Shown here piece after piece: positions 7,980-17,245 of a stretch of 44,789 bases of DNA (position 1 is the stretch's first letter; each line of letters opens with the position of its first letter). The translations under genes and the position numbers were made by a program. The stretch covers positions 1-44,789 of the forward strand of contig JALSJV010000298.1 in the NCBI GenBank assembly GCA_026989215.1, in the 5' to 3' direction. The notes under the pieces are model-generated. The model was not told the DNA's origin. It saw nothing but the letters and a program-made list of their open reading frames with translations, and made no database searches. This DNA comes from Acidimicrobiia bacterium (lineage in GTDB: Bacteria > Actinomycetota > Acidimicrobiia > Spongiisociales > ZC4RG35).

Positions 7980-9803
7980 ATGCGACGCCCCGTCACGGCC
8001 GAGATTCCCGACGGGCCCGGTGCCTACCTGTTCCGGGACTCGGTCGGTCGCGTCGTCTACGTGGGGAAGGCGAAGTCGCTTCGGAAACGGGTCGTGGGGT
8101 ACTTCGGGAGGGAGCTGCACCCCCGAACCCAGGCGATGGTCGACGCCGCCGAGAGCGTCGAGTGGATCGTCACCGCCAACGAGGTCGAGGCCCTCATGCT
8201 GGAGTACTCCCTGATCAAGGAGCATCGACCTCGCTTCAACGTCAAGCTTCGTGACGACAAGTCCTATCCGTATCTGGCCATCACCCGATCCGACGAGTGG
8301 CCACGGGCGCGGGTGATGCGAGGGAAGCGGAGGAAGGGAACCGAGTATTTCGGTCCCTACGCCCACACCTACGCGATTCGCAAGACCCTCGACCTCCTGC
8401 TCCGCACCTTCCCCGTGCGGACGTGCTCCGATGCGATGTTCCGGCGTCAGTCCGCCCAGGGGCGACCCTGCCTGCTGTTCCACATCGAGAAGTGCTCCGG
8501 TCCCTGCGTCGGTGAGGTCGAGCCGAAGGAATACGCCGAGATGGTCGACGGGCTGGCCGCCTTCCTCCGGGGGGAGACCGACGCGGTCGTCGACGACCTC
8601 ACCCGGAAGATGGCGGCGGCGGCGGAGCGTCTCGAGTTCGAGCTGGCGGCCCGGTACCGGGACCGGCTGGCCGACATCGAGCGTGCCCTCGAACGTCAGG
8701 AGGTCGTGACCGACCGGCCGGAGGATTTCGACCTGATCGCCGTGGCGGGGGACGACCTCGAGACGGCGGTGCAGGCGCTCTTCGTCCGGCGGGGGCGGGT
8801 GGTGGGACGTTGGGGCACGATCGTGGATCGGGTCGAGGAGATGAGTACCGGGGAGCTCATCGGTGCGGTGCTGCGAGAGCGCTACGGGGAGGAACGGCCG
8901 CCGCGGGAGGTGCTGGTCGCCGACCTCCCCCCCGACGCCGAGACCTGGGTGGAATGGCTGAGCGAACGCCGGGGGGCGCGGGTCTCCCTGCGGGTACCCC
9001 GGCGGGGCGCGAAGCGGCGGCTGATGGAGACCGCCACCGCCAACGCCCAGGAGGAGTTCTCCCGTCATCGTCTCCGACGCCAGACCGACCACAACGCCCG
9101 GGCCCGGGCCTTGAGGAGCCTCCAGGAGACTCTGGGTCTCCCCGCAGCTCCGCTCCGCATCGAGGCCTACGACATCTCGACGCTCCAGGGCACGAACACG
9201 GTGGCCTCGATGGTGGTGATGGAGGATGGGCTGCCCCGACGCTCGGAATACCGGCGGTTTCGGATCAGGACCGTCCCCGGCCAGGACGACTTCGCGGCGA
9301 TGGAGGAGGTGCTCCATCGACGCTTCGAGGCGTATCTGAGGGATCGAGAGGCACCCGTGGGGGATCGGCGCAGGTTCGCCTACCCGCCGTCGCTGGTGGT
9401 CGTCGACGGGGGAGCGGGCCAGCTCGGTCGGGCGGTCGCGGTCCTCGATCGGCTGGGACTCGACATCCCGGTGATCGGGTTGGCGAAACGGCTGGAGGAG
9501 GTCTACCTCCCCGACCAGCCCGAGCCCCTCCGCATCCCCCGCGACGCCGAGGCCCTCTACCTCCTGCAGCAGGTCCGCGACGAAGCGCACCGCTTCGCCG
9601 TCGCCTATCACCGCACCTTGCGGTCGAAGCGGATGATCGACTCGATCCTCGACGAGGTCCCGGGGGTGGGGCCGGCGCGGAAACGAGCCTTGCTCAGGCG
9701 TTTCGGATCGCTGCGCCGACTACGGGAGGCCGACCCCGAAGAGCTGGCGGAGGTGGTGCCCGCTCGGGTCGCCCAAGACCTCTACGCTGCACTCCATGGC
9801 TGA
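7980..9803 (+). CDS. uvrC: Excinuclease ABC subunit C
   Basis: GIY-YIG (YVGKAKSLRKR), DDKSYPY, Cys-rich region, UVR domain, RIEAYDIS, DGGAGQL, RDEAHRFA and HhH. Confidence 0.97.
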   Translation: MRRPVTAEIPDGPGAYLFRDSVGRVVYVGKAKSLRKRVVGYFGRELHPRTQAMVDAAESVEWIVTANEVEALMLEYSLIKEHRPRFNVKLRDDKSYPYLAITRSDEWPRARVMRGKRRKGTEYFGPYAHTYAIRKTLDLLLRTFPVRTCSDAMFRRQSAQGRPCLLFHIEKCSGPCVGEVEPKEYAEMVDGLAAFLRGETDAVVDDLTRKMAAAAERLEFELAARYRDRLADIERALERQEVVTDRPEDFDLIAVAGDDLETAVQALFVRRGRVVGRWGTIVDRVEEMSTGELIGAVLRERYGEERPPREVLVADLPPDAETWVEWLSERRGARVSLRVPRRGAKRRLMETATANAQEEFSRHRLRRQTDHNARARALRSLQETLGLPAAPLRIEAYDISTLQGTNTVASMVVMEDGLPRRSEYRRFRIRTVPGQDDFAAMEEVLHRRFEAYLRDREAPVGDRRRFAYPPSLVVVDGGAGQLGRAVAVLDRLGLDIPVIGLAKRLEEVYLPDQPEPLRIPRDAEALYLLQQVRDEAHRFAVAYHRTLRSKRMIDSILDEVPGVGPARKRALLRRFGSLRRLREADPEELAEVVPARVAQDLYAALHG

Positions 9804-10665
9804 TTCGGGACGTCGACCCCAGGTGTTGGTGGTGACCGGCATGTCCGGTGCCGGGCGGTCCACCGCGGCGAAGGTGCTGGAGGATCTCGGATATCTGGTG
9901 ATCGACAACCTGCCCCCCGACCTGATCCCGAACGTGCTCAGCCTGCACGAGGTCACCGAGCAGCGACGTCGGTTGGCGATGGTGATCGACGCCCGGGCGG
10001 GAGCGCCGACCGGCGCGGTGCGGCGGGCCCTCGACGAGCTCGACCGCGCCGGGGTCGAGTCCCTGGTGCTGTTCCTGGACGCCGAGGACGCGGTGATCAT
10101 CCGACGGTACGAGGAGAACCGTCGGCCCCACCCCCTCCAGGAGGGTGGGTTGGCGGAGGCCATCTCCCGGGAGCGGACGATGCTCGCCGAGCTTCGGGAG
10201 CTGACGGACGTGGTGATCGACACCACCGAGTTGAACGTGCATCAGCTCCGGGATCGGATCACCGAGCTGTTCGCCGAAGGGCGTCGGGATCGGCCGATGC
10301 GCGTCTCCGTCACCTCGTTCGGTTTCAAACACGGCACACCCCGGGACGCCGATCTCCTCTTCGACGTTCGGTTCCTCCCCAATCCCCATTGGGTGCCGGA
10401 GCTGCGGCCCCTTCCCGGCACGGCGGACGAGGTGGCCCGGTACGTGCTGGACCACCCCGACGCCCAGGCGTTTCTGGAGCGGGTCGAGGATCTGCTGGAT
10501 TTCCTCATCCCCCGATATCAGGCGGAGGGCAAGTCGTACCTCTCGATCGCGATCGGCTGCACGGGAGGCCATCACCGGTCGGTGGCCCTGTCCGAGGAGA
10601 TCGGGAGCCGACTCGCCGCTCGGGAGATCGCCGTCACCGTTCGCCATCGGGACGTGGAGCGATGA
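9796..10665 (+). CDS. rapZ: RNase adapter RapZ (YvcJ) P-loop protein
   Basis: TGMSGAGRST, DNLPP, SFGFKHG, DVRFLPNPHW and GCTGGHHRSV; synteny after uvrC. Confidence 0.95.
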   Translation: MADSGRRPQVLVVTGMSGAGRSTAAKVLEDLGYLVIDNLPPDLIPNVLSLHEVTEQRRRLAMVIDARAGAPTGAVRRALDELDRAGVESLVLFLDAEDAVIIRRYEENRRPHPLQEGGLAEAISRERTMLAELRELTDVVIDTTELNVHQLRDRITELFAEGRRDRPMRVSVTSFGFKHGTPRDADLLFDVRFLPNPHWVPELRPLPGTADEVARYVLDHPDAQAFLERVEDLLDFLIPRYQAEGKSYLSIAIGCTGGHHRSVALSEEIGSRLAAREIAVTVRHRDVER

Positions 10666-11633
10666 GGGAGACCGAACTCGAGACGGAGCGGGTGCTCCTG
10701 GGGCTCGACCCGCACGGGCCGAAGGTGGTGGCCCTCGGCGGCGGCCACGGCCTCGCGGCGGCCCTCGAAGCCGTCCAGTGCTACGCGGGGGCGATCACCG
10801 GCGTCGTGTCGGTCGCCGACGACGGTGGCTCCTCCGGACGCCTCATCCGGGAGCTGGGGATCCCACCTCCGGGCGACATCCGCCGCTGTCTGCTCGCCCT
10901 CACTCCGGAGCCGTCGATCGTCGCCGAGCTGTTCGCCTATCGCTTCGCCTCGTCGGACGTGGGCGGCCACTCCCTGGGCAACCTGGTCCTCGCCGCCCTC
11001 GCCGACCTCCAGGGCGATTTCGTCGAGGCGGTGGCGACGGCGGGGGAGCTGTTGGGCTCGGTGGGGCGGGTGGTGCCCGCCGCACCGGAGGCGGTCACCC
11101 TCTCGGCGGTCGTCGGGGACGAGATCGTGTCGGGACAGGTGGCGATCGCCCGTGCCCGGGGCGGCATCCGGCGGGTCTGGATCGCCCCCGACTCGGTGGA
11201 GGCGACGCCCGAGGCCCTGGAGGCGGTCGCCGCCGCCGACCAGATCGTCCTCGGTCCGGGGAGCCTGTTCACGTCCCTCGTCGCCGTCCTCCTCGTGCCG
11301 GGGATGGCCCAGGCGGTACGTTCGGCCGGTGGCGACAAGGTGCTGGTCCTCAACCTGATCGACCAGGACGGCGAGACGCTGGGGCTCGATGGGCGCGCCC
11401 ACCTGGAGGCGCTCGAGCGGACGGTGGGCCTGGTCGGGCCCGGTGCTATCGTCGCCCACCGTGGTCCCCTGGCCGTGCCGGAGGGGCATCGGAGGGTGGA
11501 GCTCGACCCGGCGACGGCCGCCGAGTTCGGCTGGAGGCTCGTGGAGGCCGATGTCGCGGATCATGGGGCCGACTGGCCGGCCCACGACCCGTTGAAGCTG
11601 GGTCGGGCGCTGCAGCGGGCCTTCGAGACGTGA
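10662..11633 (+). CDS. yvcK: YvcK/CuvA family UDP-sugar-binding gluconeogenesis factor
   Basis: GGGHGL, VADDGGSSG, PPGDIR, GHSLGNL, GPGSLFTS and HDPLKL; ATGA overlap with rapZ. Confidence 0.92.
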   Translation: MRETELETERVLLGLDPHGPKVVALGGGHGLAAALEAVQCYAGAITGVVSVADDGGSSGRLIRELGIPPPGDIRRCLLALTPEPSIVAELFAYRFASSDVGGHSLGNLVLAALADLQGDFVEAVATAGELLGSVGRVVPAAPEAVTLSAVVGDEIVSGQVAIARARGGIRRVWIAPDSVEATPEALEAVAAADQIVLGPGSLFTSLVAVLLVPGMAQAVRSAGGDKVLVLNLIDQDGETLGLDGRAHLEALERTVGLVGPGAIVAHRGPLAVPEGHRRVELDPATAAEFGWRLVEADVADHGADWPAHDPLKLGRALQRAFET

Positions 11634-11671
11634 GGACCGAGAAGGGGAGAGACCGGAGCCGAACGGTGAAG

Positions 11672-12853
11672 ATGCGATACCTCACGGTCGAACAGATCGA
11701 GGTCACGGGTCGCCGAGTCCTGGTGCGATCGGACCTCAACGTCCCTCTGGACGGGGGAGCGGTCACCGACGATTTCCGCATCCACGCCGCCCTTCCGACG
11801 ATTCGGACCCTGAGGGCGGCAGGGGCCCGGGTCATCGTCTGTAGCCACCTCGGACGCCCCAAGGGGCCCGACCCGGCGCTCCGGATGGATCCCGTGGCGG
11901 CTCGGCTCGCCGAACTCGGCGGGTTCGACGTCCGCAAGGTCGATGACGTCGCCGGTCCGCAGGCCGAGGCGGCGGTGACCGCCATGGACGAGGGCGACGT
12001 CGTGCTCCTCGAGAACACGAGGTTCGATCCGGGGGAGACGAGCAACGATCCGGACCTCGCGGATCGGCTGGCCCGGCTCTGTGACGTCTTCGTCCAGGAC
12101 GCCTTCGGGTCGGTGCATCGCGCCCACGCCAGCACCGTCGGGGTGGCGCAGCGGGTGACGTCGGCGGCCGGCCTGCTGCTCGTCCGGGAGTTGGAGGCGT
12201 TCTCCAGGTTCCTCGACGAGCCGGAGCGCCCGTACGTGGTGGTCCTCGGCGGTGCCAAGGTGTCGGACAAGCTGGGGGTGATCCGGTCCCTGCTCCCGCG
12301 AACCGACGCGATGCTGATCGGCGGGGGGATGTGTTTCACCCTCCTCGCCGCCGAAGGGTTCGCGGTGGGGGAGAGCCTCCTCGAGGAGGAGATGGTCGAG
12401 ACGGTGCGCGAGGTGCTGGAAGGGCCCGGAGGGGACAAGATCCAGCTTCCGACCGACGTGGTCGTCGCCGACCGTTTCGCCCTCGACGCCCCCCACCGGA
12501 TCGTCGATGCGGGCGAGATCCCCGACGGAGGGTTCGGCGTCGACATCGGGCCGTCGACCGCGGAGCGATTCGCCGCGGTGGTGAGGGGGGCCGGCACCGT
12601 CTTCTGGAACGGGCCGATGGGGGTGTTCGAGTGGGAGGCGTTCCGAGCGGGCACGGCCCGGATCGCCGAGGCGATGGCGGACTCGAAGGCGTTCACCGTC
12701 GTCGGCGGCGGCGACTCGGTGGCCGCGCTTCGGATGCTCGGTCTCGAGGGTCGGATCTCCCACGTCTCCACGGGCGGTGGCGCCGGGTTGGAGCTGTTGG
12801 AGGGGCGAGCCCTCCCCGGAGTCGAGGTGTTGGAGCGGTGGGCCGATGGATGA
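11672..12853 (+). CDS. pgk: Phosphoglycerate kinase
   Basis: RSDLNVP, SHLGRP, LLENTRF, DAFGSVHRAHAS, GGAKVSDK, WNGPMGVFE, GGGDS and HVSTGGGA. Confidence 0.97.
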   Translation: MRYLTVEQIEVTGRRVLVRSDLNVPLDGGAVTDDFRIHAALPTIRTLRAAGARVIVCSHLGRPKGPDPALRMDPVAARLAELGGFDVRKVDDVAGPQAEAAVTAMDEGDVVLLENTRFDPGETSNDPDLADRLARLCDVFVQDAFGSVHRAHASTVGVAQRVTSAAGLLLVRELEAFSRFLDEPERPYVVVLGGAKVSDKLGVIRSLLPRTDAMLIGGGMCFTLLAAEGFAVGESLLEEEMVETVREVLEGPGGDKIQLPTDVVVADRFALDAPHRIVDAGEIPDGGFGVDIGPSTAERFAAVVRGAGTVFWNGPMGVFEWEAFRAGTARIAEAMADSKAFTVVGGGDSVAALRMLGLEGRISHVSTGGGAGLELLEGRALPGVEVLERWADG

Positions 12854-13616
12854 GCGCAGGGACCTGATCGTCGGCAACTGGAAGATGCACGCCACCCACC
12901 TGGAGGCGATCCAGAAGATCCAGAAGCTCTCGTATCGTCTCCGTCCCGAGGACTTCGAACGGGTGGAGGTCGTCGTGGCTCCTCCCTTCACCGCGCTGCG
13001 TGCGGCCCAGCTCGTGATCGAGACGGATCATCTCCCGATCCGACTCGGAGCCCAGAACGTGCACTGGGAGGACCAGGGCGCCTTCACCGGAGAGGTCTCG
13101 GCCCCGATGCTGGCCAAGTTGGCGGTGACCCACGTCATCGTCGGCCATTCGGAGCGTCGGACCCTGTTCGCCGAGACCGACACGATCGTGAACCGGAAGC
13201 TGAAGGCCGTGATTCGCCACGGGATGCGTCCCATCCTCTGCGTCGGCGAGACGCTCGAGGAGCGGGAGGTGGGCTCGACCGAGGAGGTGGTCGTCCGGAT
13301 GGTGCGCGACGGACTTGCCGGCATCCCGCCCGAGGCGGTGGCCGCCACCGCCATCGCCTACGAGCCGGTCTGGGCGATCGGCACCGGCCATCACGCCGAC
13401 CCGGACGACGCCGGGGCGGTGGCCGAGCTGATCCGCGGGACGATCCGCGCCCGGGTCGGGGAGGTCGCAGACCAGATACGGATCCTCTACGGCGGCTCCG
13501 TGAACCCGGGCAACATCAAGGGGTTCATGGCGAAGCGTCACATCGACGGAGCGCTCGTCGGCGGGGCCTCGCTCGATCCCGACACCTTCGCGGCGGTGGT
13601 CCGGTACTGGGTCTGA
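12846..13616 (+). CDS. tpiA: Triosephosphate isomerase
   Basis: GNWKM, GAFTGEVS, GHSERR, AYEPVWAIGTG, YGGSV and LVGGASL. Confidence 0.97.
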   Translation: MDERRDLIVGNWKMHATHLEAIQKIQKLSYRLRPEDFERVEVVVAPPFTALRAAQLVIETDHLPIRLGAQNVHWEDQGAFTGEVSAPMLAKLAVTHVIVGHSERRTLFAETDTIVNRKLKAVIRHGMRPILCVGETLEEREVGSTEEVVVRMVRDGLAGIPPEAVAATAIAYEPVWAIGTGHHADPDDAGAVAELIRGTIRARVGEVADQIRILYGGSVNPGNIKGFMAKRHIDGALVGGASLDPDTFAAVVRYWV

Positions 13617-13662
13617 TTCGGGTCCGGTACGCTGATCCGAGCCCGAGGAAGGGGAGGACGAG

Positions 13663-14406
13663 ATGGCCTATCGGTTGGTGCTGCTTCGCCATGGGGAGTC
13701 GGTCTGGAATCTGGAGAACAAGTTCACCGGCTGGACCGACGTCGACCTCACCGAGCGGGGGATCGAAGAAGCCCGCAACGCCGGGTTCCTCCTGGCGGAG
13801 GAGGGGTTCACCTTCGATGCCGTCCACACCTCGGTGCTGCTGAGGGCGATCAAGACCGCCGACGTCACCCTGGAGACGATGGGTCTGCACTGGTTGCCGG
13901 TGACCCGTCATTGGCGCCTGAACGAGCGGCACTACGGGGCATTGCAGGGCCTGGACAAGAAGAAGACCGCCGAGGAGCACGGGGCCGAGCAGGTCCACCT
14001 GTGGCGTCGCAGCTACGACGTGCCACCGCCCGCCCTCGACCACGACGATCCCCGCCACCCGCGTTTCGACCGTCGCTACGCCGACCTCGCCCCGGAGCTG
14101 ATCCCGGCCACCGAGTGCCTGGCCGACGTGGTCGCCCGGATGCTGCCGTACTGGTACGACCGGATCGTGCCGGAGATCCGAGCGGGGCGTCGGCTGTTGA
14201 TCGTCGCCCACGGCAACAGCCTCCGAGCGCTCGTGAAGCACCTCGACGGCATCTCGGACGAGGAGATCCCTTCGCTGAACATCCCGACGGGCATCCCCCT
14301 CGTCTACGAGCTCGACGAGGATCTGCGGCCGATCACGAGCCGGTACCTGGGTGATCCGGAGGCGGCGAAACGGGCCGCCGAGGCGGTGGCGCGACAGGCC
14401 GGGTGA
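13663..14406 (+). CDS. gpmA: 2,3-bisphosphoglycerate-dependent phosphoglycerate mutase
   Basis: [36 protein letters not shown] and AHGNSLR; strong GGAGG site; upstream TACGCT -10 at 13628. Confidence 0.96.
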   Translation: MAYRLVLLRHGESVWNLENKFTGWTDVDLTERGIEEARNAGFLLAEEGFTFDAVHTSVLLRAIKTADVTLETMGLHWLPVTRHWRLNERHYGALQGLDKKKTAEEHGAEQVHLWRRSYDVPPPALDHDDPRHPRFDRRYADLAPELIPATECLADVVARMLPYWYDRIVPEIRAGRRLLIVAHGNSLRALVKHLDGISDEEIPSLNIPTGIPLVYELDEDLRPITSRYLGDPEAAKRAAEAVARQAG

Positions 14407-14427
14407 GGGAGCCGACCGGAGCCCGGG

Positions 14428-14433
14428 TATACT
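14428..14433 (+). promoter_or_regulatory. Putative -10 element TATACT of secG
   Basis: GG-TATACT in the intergenic region after the gpmA stop. Confidence 0.55.
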
Positions 14434-14460
14434 GGTCGCACCCGCCCACCCGGCGGCCGG

Positions 14461-14503
14461 GAAGACCTCGAACCACGAAGAGCCCGAACCACGAAGACCC
14501 GAG
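14461..14503 (+). repeat. Imperfect 16-nt tandem repeat (about 2.7 copies) in the secG leader
   Basis: GAAGACCTCGAACCAC / GAAGAGCCCGAACCAC / GAAGACCCGAG. Confidence 0.85.
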
Positions 14504-14524
14504 ACTTCACCCAGGTACCCCATC

Positions 14525-14767
14525 ATGGCCATCTTGACCGGCATCGTCATCGTCCTCCATCTCATCGTCTCCTTCGCCCTGGTGATCCTCATCCTGCTGC
14601 ATTCGGGTCGAGGGGGTGGGCTGTCCGACGTCTTCGGGGGCGGGATGATGTCGTCGAACCTGGGCGGGTCGACGGTCGTGGAACGGAACCTCGACCGGCT
14701 GACCGTGATCACGGGGGTGGTGTTCGCCATCACCACGGTGGCGCTCACCTGGCTGTTGGCCTCCTGA
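14525..14767 (+). CDS. secG: Preprotein translocase subunit SecG
   Basis: Two TM helices flanking LLHSGRGGGLSDVFGGG...VVERNLDRLT; followed by tRNA-Leu. Confidence 0.95.
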   Translation: MAILTGIVIVLHLIVSFALVILILLHSGRGGGLSDVFGGGMMSSNLGGSTVVERNLDRLTVITGVVFAITTVALTWLLAS

Positions 14768-14774
14768 CGGTCGG

Positions 14775-14780
14775 TATACT
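14775..14780 (+). promoter_or_regulatory. Putative -10 element TATACT of tRNA-Leu
   Basis: GG-TATACT 14 nt before the tRNA 5' end. Confidence 0.6.
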
Positions 14781-14794
14781 CGGGCGGCGCTCAC

Positions 14795-14879
14795 GTCGGA
14801 GTGGCGGAATTGGTAGACGCGCTAGGTTGAGGGCCTAGTGGGAGAATATCCCGTGGAGGTTCGAGTCCTCTCTCCGACA
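14795..14879 (+). tRNA. tRNA-Leu(GAG), CCA not encoded
   Basis: Acceptor GTCGGAG/CTCCGAC plus discriminator A, D-arm GGCGGAATTGGTAGACGC, anticodon stem CTAGG-TTGAGGG-CCTAG, long variable arm, T-loop GGTTCGAGTCC. Confidence 0.96.
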
Positions 14880-14941
14880 CCGGACTGCACGCGGCCCGTC
14901 GAGGGTCGAAGGGGGTCACGAGGGGAGAGTCTGGGCCGTAC

Positions 14942-15337
14942 ATGCTCGCACGTCGCACCTGGTTGCTGATCGCAGGCGCCGTCGTCCTCTTCTCTCTGTG
15001 GGACGCGGCGCAGCCGATCAGGATCTTCGAGTTCGTCCGCTACCTGGGGGACGGAACCAAGATCGAGTCCGGCATCACCTGCGGCTCTGCGTTCCCGATG
15101 GTCTTCGCCGGGGAGTTCGACGAGGACGTACCCGGCAGGTCCACCGAGGCGGAGTGCCTGAAGGCGGCGCGCACCAAGGTGGCCGAGGTCGTCGCCCTCT
15201 GGGCGTTGGCGCTCACCGCGGTGGTGGTGGGGATGCGTTACGGGCGGGAGCCGCCGGCACCGATCGACCGGGAGCTTCCGGCACTGCCCACCGAGCTTCG
15301 GCGGATCCTCACCGGCCGGTCGCGGGACCGGAGGTGA
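14942..15337 (+). CDS. Hypothetical two-TM membrane protein with a paired-Cys extracytoplasmic loop
   Basis: 131-aa ORF with GC-rich third positions; TM-loop (ITCGSAF...ECLK)-TM layout. Confidence 0.7.
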   Translation: MLARRTWLLIAGAVVLFSLWDAAQPIRIFEFVRYLGDGTKIESGITCGSAFPMVFAGEFDEDVPGRSTEAECLKAARTKVAEVVALWALALTAVVVGMRYGREPPAPIDRELPALPTELRRILTGRSRDRR

Positions 15338-15358
15338 GGTCGGGGACGTGGCCGCTGC

Positions 15359-16660
15359 TCACGGCGTGGCGGTGGAGCGTTCGGGGGCACCGGCACGGCG
15401 GCGTCCGCGGGTGGGACCGAAGGCGTCGGTCCAGACCGGTGTGAACACGAGGGCGACGGCGGTGACGACCAGCAGGATCGGTGACACCGTGGCCACCACC
15501 GCGTAGTTGCCGCTCGAGTCGGCGATCGCCGCACCGAGGAGCGAGCCGATCGGGAGCGTCGCCCATCCGATCGCCCGGGCGGCGGTGATGACCCGGCCGA
15601 GCATCACCGGCGGGGTGTAGGTCTGGCGGATCGTGGCGAGGGGCACGTTGACCATCGACAGGCCGAAGAACGCGACGAAGAACATCGTCAGCCCGGCGAA
15701 CCCGAAGGGGTATTGGAGGGCGCTGAGGAAGGCGAGGCCGAACACCGCCAGACCGGTGACCATCGTCTTTCCGAGGCCGATGAACCGCACCAGCGACGGG
15801 GCGAAGGCGGCCCCTGCCACACCCCCGATCCCGAGGGCGGCCAGCAACACCCCCTTCTGCCAGTCGGAGGTGGCTCCCAAGACGTCGTCGGCGAGGACCA
15901 CGAAGGTGGCCTCCAGGAACCCCATCACGAAGTTGGCGATGGCCGCCGCGGCCGTCGAGATCCGAAGTCGGATCTCGTTCCAGAGGTACAGGAGTCCGTT
16001 GATCGCCTCACTGAGGATCCCGATCCGTGGTCCCCGTTCCGGTTTCGGGACGGGGCCGATCATGGCGATGGAGACCGCCGAGACGAGGAAGGTGAGCCCG
16101 TTGAGCACGAAGGCGGGCCAATGGCTCACCTGGGAGACGAGGACCCCGGCCAGCAGCGGCCCGAGGGCGAGGGTGGCCTGCTGGGAGGCGGCGATGCGGG
16201 CGTTGGCGACCGCCAGGTGATGCGCCTCGACGACCGAGGGCAGCATGGCGTAGAGGGCGTTGCCGAACAGGGCCGAGAACGAGCCGATCAGGAAGGCGAC
16301 GGTGAAGACCGCGTAGAGGGAGCTCTGGGGGTCGGGACCGGGGTTGGCGGCGACCCAGGCCAGCCAGAAGAAGGCCGCGGCCCGGGCGACGTCGGCGACG
16401 ATCATGAGGGGGCGGAGCCGCATCCGGTCGAGCATCACCCCGCCGAGAAGTCCGAACAGGAAGGTGGGGATGTTCTCGAGGGAGTAGGTGATCGCGAAGT
16501 CGAGGCTCGACTCGCCCCGGTTCAGGCTGAGCACGAACAGGGGGACGGTGAGGTAGGCGACGTAGTCGCCGAGCTGGGAGACGGCCTGGCCGAACCACAG
16601 CAGGTCGTAGCGACGTCCGAGCTTTGAGCGCGTCGCCTTGTGGCGCCCACGTCCGAGCAT
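15359..16660 (-). CDS. MFS transporter (EntS/DHA3-like)
   Basis: LWFGQAVSQLGD, GVMLDRMRLRPLMIVADVAR (motif A) and QTYTPPVMLGRV; about 12 TM segments. Confidence 0.9.
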   Translation of the reverse strand: MLGRGRHKATRSKLGRRYDLLWFGQAVSQLGDYVAYLTVPLFVLSLNRGESSLDFAITYSLENIPTFLFGLLGGVMLDRMRLRPLMIVADVARAAAFFWLAWVAANPGPDPQSSLYAVFTVAFLIGSFSALFGNALYAMLPSVVEAHHLAVANARIAASQQATLALGPLLAGVLVSQVSHWPAFVLNGLTFLVSAVSIAMIGPVPKPERGPRIGILSEAINGLLYLWNEIRLRISTAAAAIANFVMGFLEATFVVLADDVLGATSDWQKGVLLAALGIGGVAGAAFAPSLVRFIGLGKTMVTGLAVFGLAFLSALQYPFGFAGLTMFFVAFFGLSMVNVPLATIRQTYTPPVMLGRVITAARAIGWATLPIGSLLGAAIADSSGNYAVVATVSPILLVVTAVALVFTPVWTDAFGPTRGRRRAGAPERSTATP

Positions 16661-16758
16661 GTTCCCCCGGAGATCGACGTGCGGCCGAGAGGATAACCGC
16701 GCGACTCCTCGCCCGGCGGAGATCGTCGACGGTGTGGGAGGGGCTAGGGTTCACGGCG

Positions 16759-17058
16759 ATGACGAGCCCCAAGGAGATCCCCGAACTCGCCACGGAGCTG
16801 ATCGAGCTCTCCAAGGAGTACCTTCGTCAGGAGACGATCGAGCCGGCGAGACGTCTGGGCCGACTCGCCGGTTTCGGGCTGGCCGCAGGCCTCCTGTTCG
16901 CGGTCGCCGCGCTCTTCCTGGGACTGGGGGTGTACGCGGCCCTGCGTCGGGTCCTGCCCGACGGACCATGGTACGTGGTGTTGGCGCGGGGGCTCACGGT
17001 GGTCGTCACCGGGGGAGCGGCCGCGCTCATCGGCTGGAGGATGACGAAGGATGGTTGA
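16759..17058 (+). CDS. Small two-TM membrane protein (actinobacterial holin-like/YhjD-like)
   Basis: MTSPKEIPELATELIELSKEYLRQETIEPARRLG followed by 2 TM helices; TAGGGT -10 8 nt upstream. Confidence 0.7.
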   Translation: MTSPKEIPELATELIELSKEYLRQETIEPARRLGRLAGFGLAAGLLFAVAALFLGLGVYAALRRVLPDGPWYVVLARGLTVVVTGGAAALIGWRMTKDG

Positions 17059-17245
17059 GCGCGCCGACATCGAAGCGAAGGCCCGCGAGCTGCAGGCCGC
17101 CGTCGAGGAGACCAAGGAGTCGGCCCAGAACACGGCCGTGCTGGCGGCGGTCGCCGTGGTGGTGGTCGTCGCGTTGGCCTATCTGGCGGGCCGACGGAGG
17201 GGACGGGCCGGGAAGACCGTCGTCGAGGTCTACCGGGTGCGCTGA
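17051..17245 (+). CDS. Small coiled-coil plus single-TM protein
   Basis: 64 aa; overlaps the upstream stop; helical N-terminus, TM, basic tail. Confidence 0.7.
   Translation: MVERADIEAKARELQAAVEETKESAQNTAVLAAVAVVVVVALAYLAGRRRGRAGKTVVEVYRVR

Noticed and set aside
7940-7980. PafBC (TGTCGG-N10-TA) or LexA box upstream of uvrC
   Set aside because: The hexamer at the required spacing is AGCTCG, not TGTCGG, and no convincing GAAC-N4-GTTC palindrome is present.
14461-14503. Tandem repeat as a CRISPR array
   Set aside because: 16-nt units with no spacers, fewer than three copies, and no cas genes.
16759-17058. Holin-like gene as evidence of a prophage at tRNA-Leu
   Set aside because: No integrase, endolysin, structural genes or att repeat; this family is commonly chromosomal.
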